Source: Camelus dromedarius
Lineage: Eukaryota
Assembly (NCBI RefSeq): GCF_036321535.1
Contig: NC_087437.1
Span: 85,810,001 to 85,874,000, forward strand
Direction of reading: 5' to 3'
Length of the DNA stretch: 64,000 bases
Shown here one piece after another: positions 26,193-39,425 of this stretch. Each line of letters begins with the position of its first letter. Position 1 is the first letter of the stretch. The position numbers and the translations under genes are program-made. The notes below the pieces were generated by a model, which was not told the DNA's origin, did not search any database, and saw only the letters and a list, made by a program, of their open reading frames with translations.

Positions 26193-27230
26193 TGTATGTG
26201 TTGGCCACAAAAATAAGCCACCCAGATCTCCTGCTGTGAGGAATATAACTGACAGCCTAAGCTGCTGCACTTCGAAGGCACTGCAGTGGTGTTGGCCACA
26301 CTTCTCACAGCTACTCCCAGCAAATCACTGAGTGTGAAAGGGACACTAAACAGCTTCACTCCTAGGAGAGGCGGGACTCCTCTGGGGAGTGACTTTGGCT
26401 TAAGCACTCCCCCATGGGCCTGATCAAAACTTCCCATGAAATTTCTTGTAGTCTGAGACTCTTCCCATGCAACCCTTCCCTCTCTCCCTCACGGGGGTCA
26501 GACCTGTATTATGGCCTCACGGATTCACCATCTCCTCTTCTGGCTCCATTCCCTTTTCCCTTATAGACAATTTTCCCAAATAAATCCTAGATGTATAATC
26601 TTGTCCTAGCTCCTGCCTCTCAGAGGACACAAATTAACACTACTAGTATTAGGAGTGGTTCAATGTAACAAGCAATAACATTTTGAGTTTAGGACTCACT
26701 CACTGTTCAGTGGGCAGAGACGACGGATGAGGTACAGACAGTCCCTGGCACAAGACAACAGCTAAAACTTTCACTGGTGGTGACCTGGGAAAATGTCCCA
26801 GTGAGGGGGAATGTCATTGTAAGTCCAATGATTCACGTATGCAATGACAATACAGTTGACTGGTTATCGCTCATTTGTATTGACAGCCAGCAGGGAGATA
26901 ATGAGAAACTGAGGACCACCGAAAAGCAGTAAATGGTCAAATTTAACATAGGTAACCAAGAAACTGAAGACCTAATAGAGCTGCAGAACTCCAGAGATGT
27001 TTGAATCTCAGCCCAAGCAGATGTTTTGTTAAGATCAGGGCCCTGGTTTTAAAGATGTGGGATTCTGAGACACGGCATCTAAGGATATTGGCTTGATAGA
27101 GCTAGCCTATTTTTCCAGAATATGAGCTAGCATTTTCCCTATTCTGAAAGATGTTTCAGGTATAACTCCCCAAAATGGCAACAAGTGCCCCACTCAGGAA
27201 TTGTCCCAGATCATCCATCAGAGTCATTAT
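26193..27230 (+). mobile_element. ERVL LTR (LTR16-like, to about 26640) with start of internal sequence
   Basis: LTR end aataaatcc...ctgcctctcagaggacacaaattaacac, followed by aggagtggt... ERVL-type leader and decayed gag-like sequence. Confidence 0.65.
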
Positions 27231-28098
27231 AAATTCTCTAATGAGAAAAGGACCAGCACCAATTATAAGTTCTATATGGTCCCCTCTGCAAGCCAGAGCT
27301 GACGGAAGGAAAGGCAGTCATAGAGTTGGCATCACGAATATTGATGGGGGTGATGGGGCCAGGGTGCAGCACTTAGCTACAAAGCCAGGAGCCCCTAAGT
27401 ACCATAAAGGTTTGCAAAGTAAAAGGAACACAAAAGGGGCGTTACCTCCTCTGTTTGATTTCTCAAAGGAAAGATCATCTGAAAGAAAAATACCAGAATA
27501 CAAATATCTGGGTCTATCTCATGGCACAAAATTAAAACTAAGGGGATATAAAGAGAGATATATTTTATCTGCTGTATCAGTTCATATGCTTGATCACGTT
27601 GGGAGAAGCAATCTCACCTTTCACCTCTAAATTAAAGACAATCACAGTATCAGAGTAGTCCCCAAGCCACAAAAGCTTACCTCCACTTTGAGAGTTCTAG
27701 AAATACAGAGAATTTACCACTTCACTCTCAAAACTGAGCATACTGGAACTTCCAGTGGTTTCTACAGGTTGCCAGTGTTCAGAACTACCTGGTATGGAGA
27801 ATTCTTGAAATCCCACTTTCTAAGATATGTTTTCTAGAGCACTGGGGGAGAACAGTATAGTGTGAGGGGCACAATGCCCCAGGGAGAAGTCTTACACTCC
27901 TCTGACTTCGAGTCTCTACTCAACTTCAAAAAAATCTTCAAGTAACAAAGAACTCAGCCGTTCTGGAGTTCTATTCAGCAGAGTGCCTGGATTTAGGGTG
28001 TAAAAGCAAAATAGCACTGTGCACACATTTTTATTTTGTGTTGTTGATCCTCTAATTTCAAAAAAAAAATACAGAATAATTAGTATAAATCACCATAA

Positions 28099-28144
28099 TT
28101 ATATACAAATCCATGTTATATACAAATCCATGTTATATACAAAT
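28099..28144. repeat. 17-bp tandem repeat, about 2.7 copies (ttatatacaaatccatg)
   Basis: Read directly from the sequence. Confidence 0.9.
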
Positions 28145-28580
28145 ATAACTAAAGTAATATTATGCATGAAACTAATAACATGTTTGTAAACAAGTCAATG
28201 TAATTTTCTACTGAGATAGAAAAGAAGGGGGGGAGCCATGAATAAAATGTTTATGTGTGTACAGAAGTATGCATTTACTCAGACAGAAAAGAAAGTTCTA
28301 ATAAAACGTCCACAAAGTGACATGGATCCTTGGCATTTCTTGGAAAGGTTTAGACCAACAACCTGCATGATTCAAGTTATATAACTCAATGCAAATATCT
28401 TGCCTAAATTGTTTAACATCTATTACTCTGTAAGCCTAACTGGAAAAAGGCTAATCATTATCATCCTGGTTAAACTGTAGTGTAGAGAGAATGCTGGCCA
28501 AACTTGGATGGAACAAGTCACTTTGAGTGTGTTTCTTTTCTGGCCTCTAATTAGATAATGTGTTTAAAAAGATGATGAAC

Positions 28581-28772
28581 TCTAAACAACAAGTTTTTAG
28601 TGTAGAGAACAGGGAACTATATTCAATATCCTTTAGTAATGAAAAAGAATACGAAAAGGAATATTCATATGTATATGAGTGACTGAAACATTATGCTGCA
28701 CACCAGTAATTGATGCAACATTGTAAACTGACTACTTCAATTAAAAAAAAAAAAGAAAGAAAAGCAGGGGGA
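28581..28772 (+). mobile_element. Very short L1 3'-end insertion
   Basis: L1 3'-UTR terminus plus A-tail. 15-bp TSD aaaaagatgatgaac at 28566-28580 and 28773-28787. Canonical TT|AAAA endonuclease site. Confidence 0.92.
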
Positions 28773-29343
28773 AAAAAGATGATGAACCCATACATCAGAG
28801 CTGGATGTTTCAAAAATAACCATGCTGTAGTTAAACAATAAAACTCTAGGTGGTAGTGGCTAGAGGAGATGTTCAATATTTTATCACAGGAAATGCAATT
28901 AAGGCAATGACATCTGTGCAGTGGAAAAGACTTTCTCAGTTTAGATTCATCTTGGAAGCTATTCTCTTCTTGCCAAAACTGAGCTACTTTCATGCAGCTT
29001 CACTGAGTTCGGGGGAGGCTGAGCCCTTATCACAGAGCAGAGAACAAAAGCAGGAGACCAGGAGCCAGCATTTGGTAGACAATATGCTTTGGAGGAGAGC
29101 AAGCCTGCTTGGACAGTTTTGGAGGAGAATATAGACAGTATAAACCTTTAGAAATTATATACCCTGATGAAGCAAATTCCCTGACATTGATATTAAGGAC
29201 TGGAGCATAAATTAGGGAGATCAGAGAAAAAGAGGCACCAATGGCCCAGGACCAGAATATCAGAATGACAGTAACAACAGCAGCAGTAGCAGCAAATAAA
29301 ACTAAACTAAACTAAAGCAAAACAAAAGTAGAAAGTTCTCTTC

Positions 29344-30700
29344 TTTTTTTTAAAAAAATTTTTCATTGATTTATAATAATCTTACAGTGTTGTGTCAAAT
29401 TCCAGTGTAGAGCACAATTTTTCGTTATACATGAACATATACATATTCATTATCACATTTTTTTCTCTGTGAGTTACCATAAGATCTTGTATATATTTCC
29501 CTGTGCTATACAATATAATCTTGTTTATCTATTCTACATTTTGAAATCCCAGTCTATCCCTTCCCACCCCCTTCCCCCTTGGTAACCACAAGTTTGTATT
29601 CTATGTCTATGAGTCTATTTCTGTTTTGTATTTATGTTTTGTTTGTTTGTTTGTTTGTTTGTTTTTAATTTTAGATTCCACATATGAGCGATCTCATATG
29701 GTATTTTTCTTTCTCTTTCTGGCTTACTTCACTTAGAATGACATTCTCCAGGAGCATCCATGTTGCTGCAAATAGCATTATGTTGTTGGTTTTTATGGCT
29801 GAATAGTATTCCATTGTATAAATATACCACTTCTTCTTTATCCAGTCATCTGTTGATGGACATTTAGGCTGTTTCCATGTCTTGGCTATTGTAAATAGTG
29901 CTGCTATGAACAATGGGGTGCAGGTGTCATTTTGGAGTAGGGTTCCTTCTAGATATATGCAAAGGAGCGGGATTCCTGGGTCATATGGTAAGTCTATTCC
30001 TAGTCTTTTGAGGAATCTCCATACTGTTTTCCACAGTGGCTGCACCAAACTGCATTCCCACCAGCAGTGTAGGAGGGTTCCCTTTTCTCCACAGCTTCTC
30101 CAGCATTTGTCATTTGTGGATTTTTGAATGATGGCCATTCTGACTGGTGTGAGGTGATACCTCCTTGTAGTTTTGATTTGCATTTCTCTGATAATTAGTG
30201 ATATTGAGCATTTTTTCATGTGCCTATTGATCATTTGTATGTCTTCCTTGGAGAATTGCTTGTTTAGGTCTTCTGTCCATCTTTGGATTGGGGTTTTTTT
30301 TTATTATTATTAAGCCATATGAGCTGCTTATATATTCTGGAGATTAAGCCTTTGTTGGTTTCATTTGCAAAAATTTTCTCCCATTCCGTAGGTTGTCTTT
30401 TTGTTTTACTTATGGTTTCCTTTGCTGTGCAGAAGCTTGTAAGTTTAATTAGGTCCCATTTGTTTATTCTTCCTTTTATTTCTATTGCTTGAGTAGACTG
30501 TTCTATTAGAACATTTTTGAGATGTACGTCAGATAATGTTTTACCTATATTTTCTTCCAGGAGGTTTATTGTATCTTGTTTTATGTTTAAGTCTTTGATC
30601 CATTTTGAGTTTATTTTTGTGTACGGTATAAGGGAGTGTTCTAGCTTCATTGATTTACATGATGCTGTCCAGTTTTCCCAACACCATTTGCTGAAGAGAC
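29344..30700 (-). mobile_element. 5'-truncated young L1, same subfamily as 1-1475
   Basis: ORFs 30264-30650 and 29671-30234 are ORF2 remnants nearly identical to the 481-1158 peptide. TSD tagaaag(t/c)tctcttc at 29329-29343 and 30701-30715. Confidence 0.97.
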
Positions 30701-31469
30701 TAGAAAGCTCTCTTCAAATCGGGTACATGGTGACTAATCTTTCTAATTACAAGAATAGAATTTAATACACAAATCTGAGAATGTACATTTTACTTTGTTG
30801 CATGAGCTCCTATTGACGTTTATTATATACTTCTCATTTCATGGTGTAGATTCAGTTATTCTTAAACTTTTTCTTTTCTATTATTTTTATAAGGTTTCAA
30901 TTTAAAGAATTCTACCAGATATTATTTTAATAATACTCCAAAAAAGAAAGATCCTAACTTGCAGTGGATTTTGATATTCTGTGGTTCAAAACTGAGAAGA
31001 GAGGAAAATATCTATCTTAACAGAATGTTGACTCACACATGATAAGATATGGGCCACTTGAACTAAAACTGTGCTCATGAAAGAAATAAGATCTCCTCTT
31101 CTTTCAATTACCAATACTTTGTAATGTCACTCATCACCTTTCACCTTCTGTTATAAATATCTGCACATAAATTTTACCTCTCCTTATAGAGAGGAATGCT
31201 TATACTTATATACCCATGTATGGCATTTAATATACATATTTGTGAAACTGAGTAACTGAATGAATAAGTAACATATGATACGGTTATTTTGTTCCTTAGG
31301 GAAACTGAGAGGAGTGGAAAACACACTTGACTTGGGACAATAAATTTTGGATTCATATTCTATTTCTGTGGATATTTAGCCATTTGACTTTGGGCAAATC
31401 ACATAATCCATCTAGTTCTCTCTCAAATTAAAATTTCATTTGAGTGATGGAGAGGATATTAGGGAATTC

Positions 31470-31880
31470 TGTTATTCTACAATTAAATTGTGTCCCTCCA
31501 AAATTCACATGTTGAAATCCTAGCCCTCAGTACCTCTGTGTGTGGCATTATTTGGTGATAAGGTTTTTACAGAGATAATCAATCAAATTTAAATGATGTA
31601 ATCAGAATGAGCCCTTAATCCAAGATGATTAGTGTCCTTCTACAAATGGGAAATTTTTGAACAGAGACACATACAGAGGAAGACAAGTGAAGAGACTTAG
31701 AAGAAGATGGCCATTGATAAGCCAAGGAGGGAGGCTTGGAACAGATCCTTCCCTCCAAAACAATCAACCCTGTTGACATCTTAATTTTGGACTTCTAAGG
31801 TCCAGACCTGTGAGAAAATAAGTTTCTGTTGTTTAAGCCACCTAGTGTGTGCTGCTTTGTTATAGAAACCTTGAGAGCAA
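31470..31880 (+). mobile_element. MaLR LTR (MLT1A/B-like)
   Basis: aattgtgtccctccaaaattcacatgttgaaatccta...tgtgagaaaataagtttctgttgtttaagccacctagt. Confidence 0.85.
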
Positions 31881-31957
31881 TTTTGGTAAAGAGAGTTCTC
31901 TATAAATTTTATCCTAGCCATGTGGTTCTTGGCAAAGTGTACCGCCGAGTTCTAGAG

Positions 31958-32135
31958 CAGAGATCAGCTAATTTTCTGTAAAAGGCCAGACTTGAGACTC
32001 TAGAGGCTACGTGCAGCTTCTGTTGCATATTCTATTTTAACCTTTTAAAAATGTAAAAACCGTTCTTTGCTTGCTGACTGTGCACGTCCGGGCTGTGGCT
32101 GGATCAGCCCACAGGCTTTGGTTTGCCAACGCCTG
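31958..32135 (+). mobile_element. hAT-Charlie relic (MER58-like)
   Basis: cagagatcagctaattttctgtaaaaggccaga...ggtttgccaacgcctg, preceded by a tctaga-type target site. Confidence 0.75.
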
Positions 32136-33504
32136 GAGCAGAGTCTTCTGTCACAGGTAACGTTTCTACAATCTTGTTCAATAAATTCTAAACTGTCATT
32201 CCAATGTATGTTACAAGTCTATTTCAATAAATTTTTTCCAACTGTTTTTAGTAAAAATATTATTTTTCAATCAGCCCCAACTCTTTACCCACAAAAAGCT
32301 CTAGTGGGGCCTTAAGTTCTTTTTCTACCTTTTATCAACTATGAAAATTTACTTTTTGAAGAACTACTTCAGCGTTAGGTTCAATAACCTAATTTCAAGT
32401 GATATTACTGATGAATAAAAAGCTTCTCCTATGTTCAGGGTAATATTTATTGTGACAGTTTGATCCTCTCTCCCCAAACACGCAATGATTTAACAAGTTT
32501 AGTATCAACATGGCACTAGGCATTGCCCTTAATGCAGAATTAGCTATATTGATTTCTCAATGATGTCAAACTATACTTGGGGTAAAAAATTGTGATTAAC
32601 ATAGACTGTAAAAGATTGTACAGACCAAAGCCTCAGAGCCACTTCAAAATTACACAGTCCAATAAGCACAGGCTAGGCAGTGTGCTTGCTAATAACAAAA
32701 TTGACTTTGTTTCTAAATGCTGGAATGTATGTGCTGGAAATATCATTGCAGCCCCAGTGCTCACTACTCTTTCTTAAGAAATCGGTTATTAGGTTTGTAA
32801 AGTGATAAACAGCTCCTTGTTCTGCTAAAGTGACTAACCTTTATTCTTTAGAGATCCATCTCCAAGCATTGGGAAAAAAAAAAAAAAGAAAAAACTGTCC
32901 TGCTGAATGCAAAAAAATTCACATTTAATTCTAACCAAAATTCAATTGTGAAGATGAAAAGAGAAATTTATTGTGGTAAATGAGTAAACCAGCACACAAC
33001 TTTTTTAAACCAGCAGACATTTCCTCCTTTATCTGTGAACATCTTGTCTTATTTCCTTCCAATTACATTTTTTCTTCTTCCGTGAACAGCAAATATGTCA
33101 ATTCTATCATTCTCCTGCTGCTGGCCTTCTGGAAGATGATAGAATTACCCAATCTGTGGAAGGAACAAGCTGTTTTATGTCTTGAGTGCCATGGACTTTG
33201 TAGATACTCTTACTCTGCGGTCTTTCTCAGGTTGTTACAGATTTTAAGCTACTTTCACTGAGTAACGTTCTCCTGAAGGAAATTAAGGAATGAAAACTGG
33301 CTCCATGCAGTTCTCCCAGGCACAAAAATCACAGTAATGAGTTTTCCTACATCTTAATGGAAGATGAAAGTTGTGAGAAATAATCCAGGCTTTCTCAAAC
33401 TAGTTAAGAGTCTATCTGCATCAAATTCCCCTCCTTTATTTGTTAAACTACAGGTTTTGGTTCTGACTCCAGACCTTCTGAATCAAGATCTCCAAACGGA
33501 AGTC

Positions 33505-34476
33505 CCATGTGCTAGGGTAACAAATTACCACAACTTAATGGCTTGAAACAAAACACACTTATCATCTCATATCATTTCATATTTTCTGGGGACCAGGAGT
33601 GGAGGCCAACTTAGCTGAGTCCTCTGTTCATGGTCTCACAAGGCTGAAATCAAAGTGTCAGTCAGGCTGTCTACATTTTTTAAAGCTCAAAATCCTCAAC
33701 TAAGCTCACACCATTGTCGGCAGAATTCAGATTCTTGAGGCTCTGGTTGTAGGACAGAGAGACTCAGTTTATTAATAGCTGCTGACTAGAGGCCACCCTC
33801 AGTTCCCAGAGGCTGCCTGCAGTTCCCGGCCATGTGGCCCTCTCCATGGGCAGACGCCATGCCCTAATCCCCACTACTAGTGAATATGTGTAGACATCAT
33901 TTCAAAGCTTGTTATTTTATATAGCATAATTGATCCTAAGGTGGGAATATCATTCATGCAGACCTGATTTAAATCACAGAGGCCCTCTTAAAAACAGAGT
34001 TTTCTCTACCTGATAGGAGAAGAGGAAGTAAGAGAGACTGGAAGCACAAGAAAGGACTCCCATATGCCATTGGTGGAGATAAATTCACCATGAGAAAGAA
34101 TGAGGACAGCCTCCAGGAGCAAAGACCAAGCTCTGGCTGATAGCAGGGAAGAGGGGACCTCAACCCAGTAATCACAAAGAATTGAACTCTGCCAAGAGCA
34201 AGAATGACCTGGGAAGTGAATCATTTCCCTTTTTCTTTGATTAGAAGCAAATCACAGGTTCTAGCTTCACTCAAGGAGAGGGGTTACTCCCGTAGGAGTA
34301 ATTCTTACCCTACAGCCTCCAAAAAAAGAATAAAGTTTTGCTGACAAATTGATTTTAGCCCAGTGAGACCCATTTTTGGCTTCTGAACTCCAAAACGATA
34401 AGATAATAAATTTGTGCTGTTTTAAGCCACAAAGTTTTTGGTAATTTATTGTGGCAGCAAAAGTAAATTAATACAC
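33505..34476. mobile_element. Interleaved MaLR (MLT1-type) LTR pieces in both orientations
   Basis: Minus piece (taacaaattaccacaac...ggtctcacaaggctgaaatcaaagtgtc, resuming agaagcaaatcacagg near 34243) alternates with plus pieces (gggacctcaacccagtaatcacaaagaattgaactctgcc; ttttagcccagtgagaccc...ttttaagccac). Confidence 0.75.
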
Positions 34477-35055
34477 CATTCTTGTCCATTAGGAGTTTAA
34501 TGATTTCTTCAAAGTCTTCTATGTTTTCTTTCAAATTACTCCTCTCTCTATTCTTATAAATCTTAGTTTATAATAATTAAATGATCCTTAGTGTATGATG
34601 CTCTCAATTATATAAATTTAAATTCTACATCTCTCCAACAAATGTTAGCTCCTCAAGGGCAGGAACAGTATTTTAAACATCTGACATAATAACTAGCACA
34701 ACAACCTACTAGTCCCTGGTGCTCCATAAATGTTTATTGAAAAAATCATAGTTGACTATTTTACAGCAGAATATAATTTCCATGATAAAACCTTATGACA
34801 AGACAGTGATAAAATTTATCTCTAAAAGAGGCAGATTCAAAGTTTATTTGAAATGGCATTATTCAAACGTTTCCTAGAGGTCTAAACAAAAAGAATAACT
34901 ATAAACATGTCCTTAAAAAAATGAAACCACTTCTATTAATATATCTATGATAGGAATGCATTCAACTTAGAGAGAAGATGAGGAATTTACTCAAATAAGT
35001 GAAGCTCAGCTATCTTAATCTAGTTTAAATTGTAATCTTATCTTTTAGAGGGTTC

Positions 35056-35478
35056 TGTCAATGAAAAATTTTTCAGTCTGTCTAAGAAAGAAATGGAAAA
35101 TTTTCTTCAAGCCATATTTGAGGGTTACAACCCAGGAAGAGCATCCAGAAGCTCTGAGAACTGTTCTGCCCTTCGGAAGTCAAGACGCGGCTACATAAGC
35201 TTTTTTGAGACAGAGGCTGTACAGCAAATGGTGTATTGACAGTTTACATAACCCAGATCTAAGCACCACATGACCCCTTATCAAGAAGGAATGTTATCTT
35301 TAAGGTGTTGTCTTAGGAGAATGTTGCTTTTTACGGTTGAGTGGACATTTCTGCTGATGGGAAAGACTTGGTCAATGTATGTTGCACAATGTACAGTGTG
35401 GGGAGAAAGGAGGCCAAAGGGCAGAGAAAATTTGTTGTTTAAATTTTCCTTTCCATAAAATATGAACTTTATTTCACA
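35056..35478 (-). mobile_element. ERV1 solo LTR (MER41-like)
   Basis: TG...CA ends, 4-bp flanks gttc / gtcc, internal gaagctctgagaactgttct motif. Confidence 0.75.
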
Positions 35479-36266
35479 GTCCTCTGTTCTTATAGTCAAT
35501 GAGAGTGACCAAAACATTCTTAAATATTTTTATGAATTAACTCTGGTGGTCTTTTCCCCCTGTGTGTTGGCCTCTTTCAGACACTTCTGTGTTCTCCATT
35601 CCTCTCCAGTTCTCTCTTACTACCATCTCTCTGGCTGCTGTTCTCTGCTTTGCAGAACTTTATTCAGAGCATAGAGACTGAGGCTCCCTTAATTTTACAA
35701 GCCCAGTTAACAGTCAGTTTTCATATTTGCCAGAGAACATAATTTTCAAAATTCAAAAACCATAAAATAAAAGTTTTCCTACATCCTGTATTTCTTCATT
35801 GAAACTCCCTTAGCTTGTCTGTCTTGATGATATATTACTTTCCTCTGAGGACATCCTTCCCCTAATACTGTTTTGTGATGGTTAATTTTATGTGTCAACT
35901 TGACTGGGTCATAGAGGGCCCAGCTGTTCTGTTAAACATTATTCTGGGTGGATCTGTGAAGGTGTTTCTGATAAAGATTAACATTTGAATCAGGAGACTA
36001 AAGTAGATTGTCCTGTCTAATGTGGGTGGTCTCAGTCTGATCCACTGAAGGCCTGAATAGAACCAAAAGGGTGATTAAGAAGAATCTGTCCTCCATCTGA
36101 ATTTTAGGCTTGGATATCGGTCTCCTCCTGCACTTAGACTGGAACTTATGCTACTGGCTCTCCAGCCTTTAGATGTAGACTGAAGCCACACAGCTGATTC
36201 CTCTGGTTCTCCAGCTTTCTAGCCACAGATCTTGGGACCTCTCAGACTCCAGAATGTGTGAGCCAT

Positions 36267-36421
36267 AAGGAAAGAAAGAGAGAGAGAGAGAGAGAAGGAG
36301 GAAGGAAGGAAGGAAGGAAGGAGGGAAGGAAGGAAGGAAGGAAGGAAGGAAGGAAGGAAGGAAGGAAGGAAGGGAGGGAGGAAGGAAGGGAGGAAGGAAG
36401 GGAGGGAGGGAGGGAGAAGGA
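36267..36421. repeat. Pure-purine microsatellite (GA)n/(GGAA)n/(GGGA)n
   Basis: About 155 consecutive purines. Confidence 0.95.
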
Positions 36422-36966
36422 TTAATACAATGCTGCACTTAGGCTAACAGATTGCTTATTCTTATGCAACTGATGACTGGCTGGTTGCTACTCACAGATC
36501 CAAAGCCCATTGTTAAAGTAAAGCTATTAATTTTACTGTTTCTGCTTTATTTCAGTAATTGAAAATAATAATCATACTTGGTTTCTGCAGTGTCCTCCAG
36601 GGAGAAGGTCACAGAACTGTAACCTTACAAAACAGGCTAAATACCAGGAGGACCACGCCTTTTGAGATAAAGAGATAAAAAATGACCACCTGCTAGCTTC
36701 TACAGAATTGATTGCCTGGAGGCATCATGATGCCACTCTTAAGTCTTATAATGAGAAAATGATTCTGTTGGTTGTTTATTGTTTGAGCTACAGCTATATA
36801 ACCACCCCACCCCGTTCTGAAGGTGGGCTCACAGTTTTGAAGGCACTAGTCCGCTGGAAGTCCCCTTTGCCTGGCAAAGTAATAAAGCTGCCTCTCTTCT
36901 TCTAAGCTCCAAGACCCTGTCTCTGAGTTTCAGTTTGGCTCCTCAGGGACAGGGGGCCTCAGTAAT
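36415..36966 (+). mobile_element. ERV solo LTR nested in MLT2, same family as 38816-39421
   Basis: Colinear similarity (gctgcacttaggctaacagattg, agaactgtaaccttacaaa, gtaataaagctgcctct). Confidence 0.85.
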
Positions 36967-37129
36967 AAGGAGGGAGGGATGGAGGAGGGAAGAAAAAGAA
37001 GAGGGAGGAAGGGAGAGAGAAAGGAAGAACCTATTGGTTCTGTCCCTCTGGAGAACCCTGACTAATACAGCTTTCAATTTAAAGCTGCACTTTCTTTGAC
37101 ACCCCACACACTTAAGAACAGAAAAATTC

Positions 37130-37342
37130 CTATGAGAGTAGATCCTAAAAATTCTCATCTCAATGAAAAAAAAAAAAGAACTTTTTTCTTTTTTTTCCCC
37201 TCTTTGGTAACTCCATGAGATGATGGATATTAATAATTGTGATAATCATTTTGTAATATGTATAAGTCATTATGCTGTACACCTTAAACTTATACAGTGC
37301 TATATATCAATTAGCTTTCAATAAATCTGAAAGAAAAAAAAA
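37130..37342 (+). mobile_element. Old L1M 3'-end fragment
   Basis: gagagtagatcctaaaaattctcatc...tgtacaccttaaacttatacagtgctatatatcaatta...caataaa. Confidence 0.8.
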
Positions 37343-38815
37343 ATGTGTTGTTTTCTCTAGTACTATGTCCAGATCATTACTTCATCCTCATGTTAAAAAT
37401 GCCTGCTTCTTGGATGTGATTGCCATCCCACTGCAATATCCTCTCTTTTTTCTCTCTGTTAAATATTGCCATTTTCTAAACTCCCCTTCCTCATACCGAT
37501 AAACTGAAGGCTTTAGGATTTTGTGCTCATTTTCCTCTGCAGCTCAAATACTTTTACCATTCAGGTTCTTTCTTTCAACACGTCAGCATTCAATTTTTTA
37601 CTTTCTGTTAGAGATTTTTTTCCTCTCAATGTTACTCCATCATTGCCCTTTTCTCTCAACAGGCATTTGTTGCAGAAGAAGTCAGCCCATAATTCCATGA
37701 CATTAATAAATAAGCATCAGCGATCACACTCCCACGTCTTCAGATCACGTGGAGAACTTTTTCTTCAGTCTGTGGGTCTACAAGTTGACGAGGGTGGCTC
37801 TATTTCCAGGTACAGGACTGAAATTTAATTTGGGCAGCTCTGTTTCACAGGTGTCTCACTCTTTTAGAACCATAAAGCTACTCAAGTTTATTGTACCAAT
37901 AGCATATAAGAAATATGAAAAAGGAACTGAAATATGTCACTGGTACATAGACATTTCCACTTACATTCCATCAGCCAATTAAAACACAATGTCAACGGAG
38001 CAGGGAAGTGTATTCCATCTACAATGTCAGAGGAGAGGAGAGTGAGTATTTGTTGAACAATAATCCAAACAATTACATCTTTCACAGATAAACTCTTGAG
38101 CATGTCATCATGTGGAAATAGTCCATTTGAAAAATAAATAAACCATTCTCTTGTAATCAAAACCTATCGCCCTTCTTACTTTCCAACTCATGTGTTTCCC
38201 AATGCGTCTGTATCTTTACTATGTAGAAATCTTCAATACTTTAAAATGCCTAATATTCTCCAAATTGTCATCTGTTTTACATCTTATTTTTAAAATTTAA
38301 CCTTCCTCAATATCAGTTTTCTTATTCTACAGTCTTTTCTTACCAGCAATCAGACAAGTTTCAACCCAGAATCAGTTTAATTGCCTGATTTCTCCGTATC
38401 TATACTTAGGCTACTGATTAAGATAAAAATCATGTGATAACATAGATTACGTCTCCAAATATTCTAATTTTTCCTGTATCCTCAACACTTCCGGGAATCC
38501 ATATTATCTACTCAGGTAAGCTAGTTCTACATTTTTCCAAAGTCTATTAAATTTTGAATCCATAATTTACCAGGAGAAATTTAATGCTGCTGTTTATCCT
38601 GTACTCCATTCCTTGTTGTCTTTACTCCACTCTGAGAAGGTGGAAAGTTTCTATGAATTATTCAATGTGTTGATTAGATTGTTTGCGAGAATTACATTTT
38701 TTTTTAAGTTGCTGTTTGTTTAGCACATTAACTGGTAAGCTTAGTTTTGACTTGCTTTTATTCCCATTGGATGTTAAACTTTGAGATCTTGGACATATCT
38801 TTAAAGAAAAGGGAC

Positions 38816-39421
38816 TGAAGGAGGATTAATAAAATGGCTGCACTTAGGCTAACAGATTGTTTATCTTACGCTTGCCCTTAAAACGGTCAACTGACCTGAC
38901 TGACCGGTTGCTACTCACAGTTCCAGGCCCATTGTTAAAACTAAAGCTATTGATCTTACTATTTCTACTTTATTCCAGTAATCAAAAGCTATAATCGTGT
39001 TTGGTCTCTGAGTCAATTTACAGAGAGAAGATCAGAACTGTAACCTTACAAAGCACACTAAATACCAAGAAGACCAGGCCTTGAGTGCTTACGAGATGAA
39101 AGAGATGGAAAAAGTGACAGAAAAAGTGACAACTGCTGGCCCCTATAGAATTGGTCGCCTGAAGGCTTCATGATGCCATTCTAAGCCTTCTGATGAGAAA
39201 ATGATTCTGTTGATTGTTATCTATGCTTTACTGTCTGAGCTAGGGCTATACAACCACCCAACCCCATCCCCAAGGTGGGTTCACAGTTGTGAAGGCACCA
39301 GCCTGCTGGGAGTCCCCTTCATCCGGCAGAGTAATAAAGCTGCCTCTTTTCTTCTAAGCTCCAAAACCAGGTCACTGAGTTATTTGGCTCATCTAGGACG
39401 TGGGCCAATCTTTCTGCAACA
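38816..39421 (+). mobile_element. ERV1-class solo LTR
   Basis: TG...CA ends, perfect 4-bp TSD ggac (38812-38815, 39422-39425), AATAAA near 39333. Confidence 0.9.
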
Positions 39422-39425
39422 GGAC

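Larger units (their letters stand above)
35874..37069 (+). mobile_element. ERVL LTR (MLT2-type), interrupted by a purine tract and a younger LTR
   Basis: Typical start tgtgatggttaattttatgtgtcaacttgactgg and end cctattggttctgtccctctggagaaccctgactaataca. Confidence 0.9.

Noticed and set aside
27175..27630. 151-aa plus-strand ORF
   Set aside because: No recognisable domain, starts in decayed ERVL sequence, no supporting exon structure.
36169..36438. 89-aa ORF with LPSF repeats
   Set aside because: Translation of the (GGAA)n microsatellite.
36415..39421. Two same-family direct LTRs suggesting a short provirus
   Set aside because: The sequence between them is the MLT2 end, an L1M fragment and other old repeats, with no gag or pol. 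The right LTR has its own TSD and the copies differ by many substitutions and indels, so they are independent solo LTRs.
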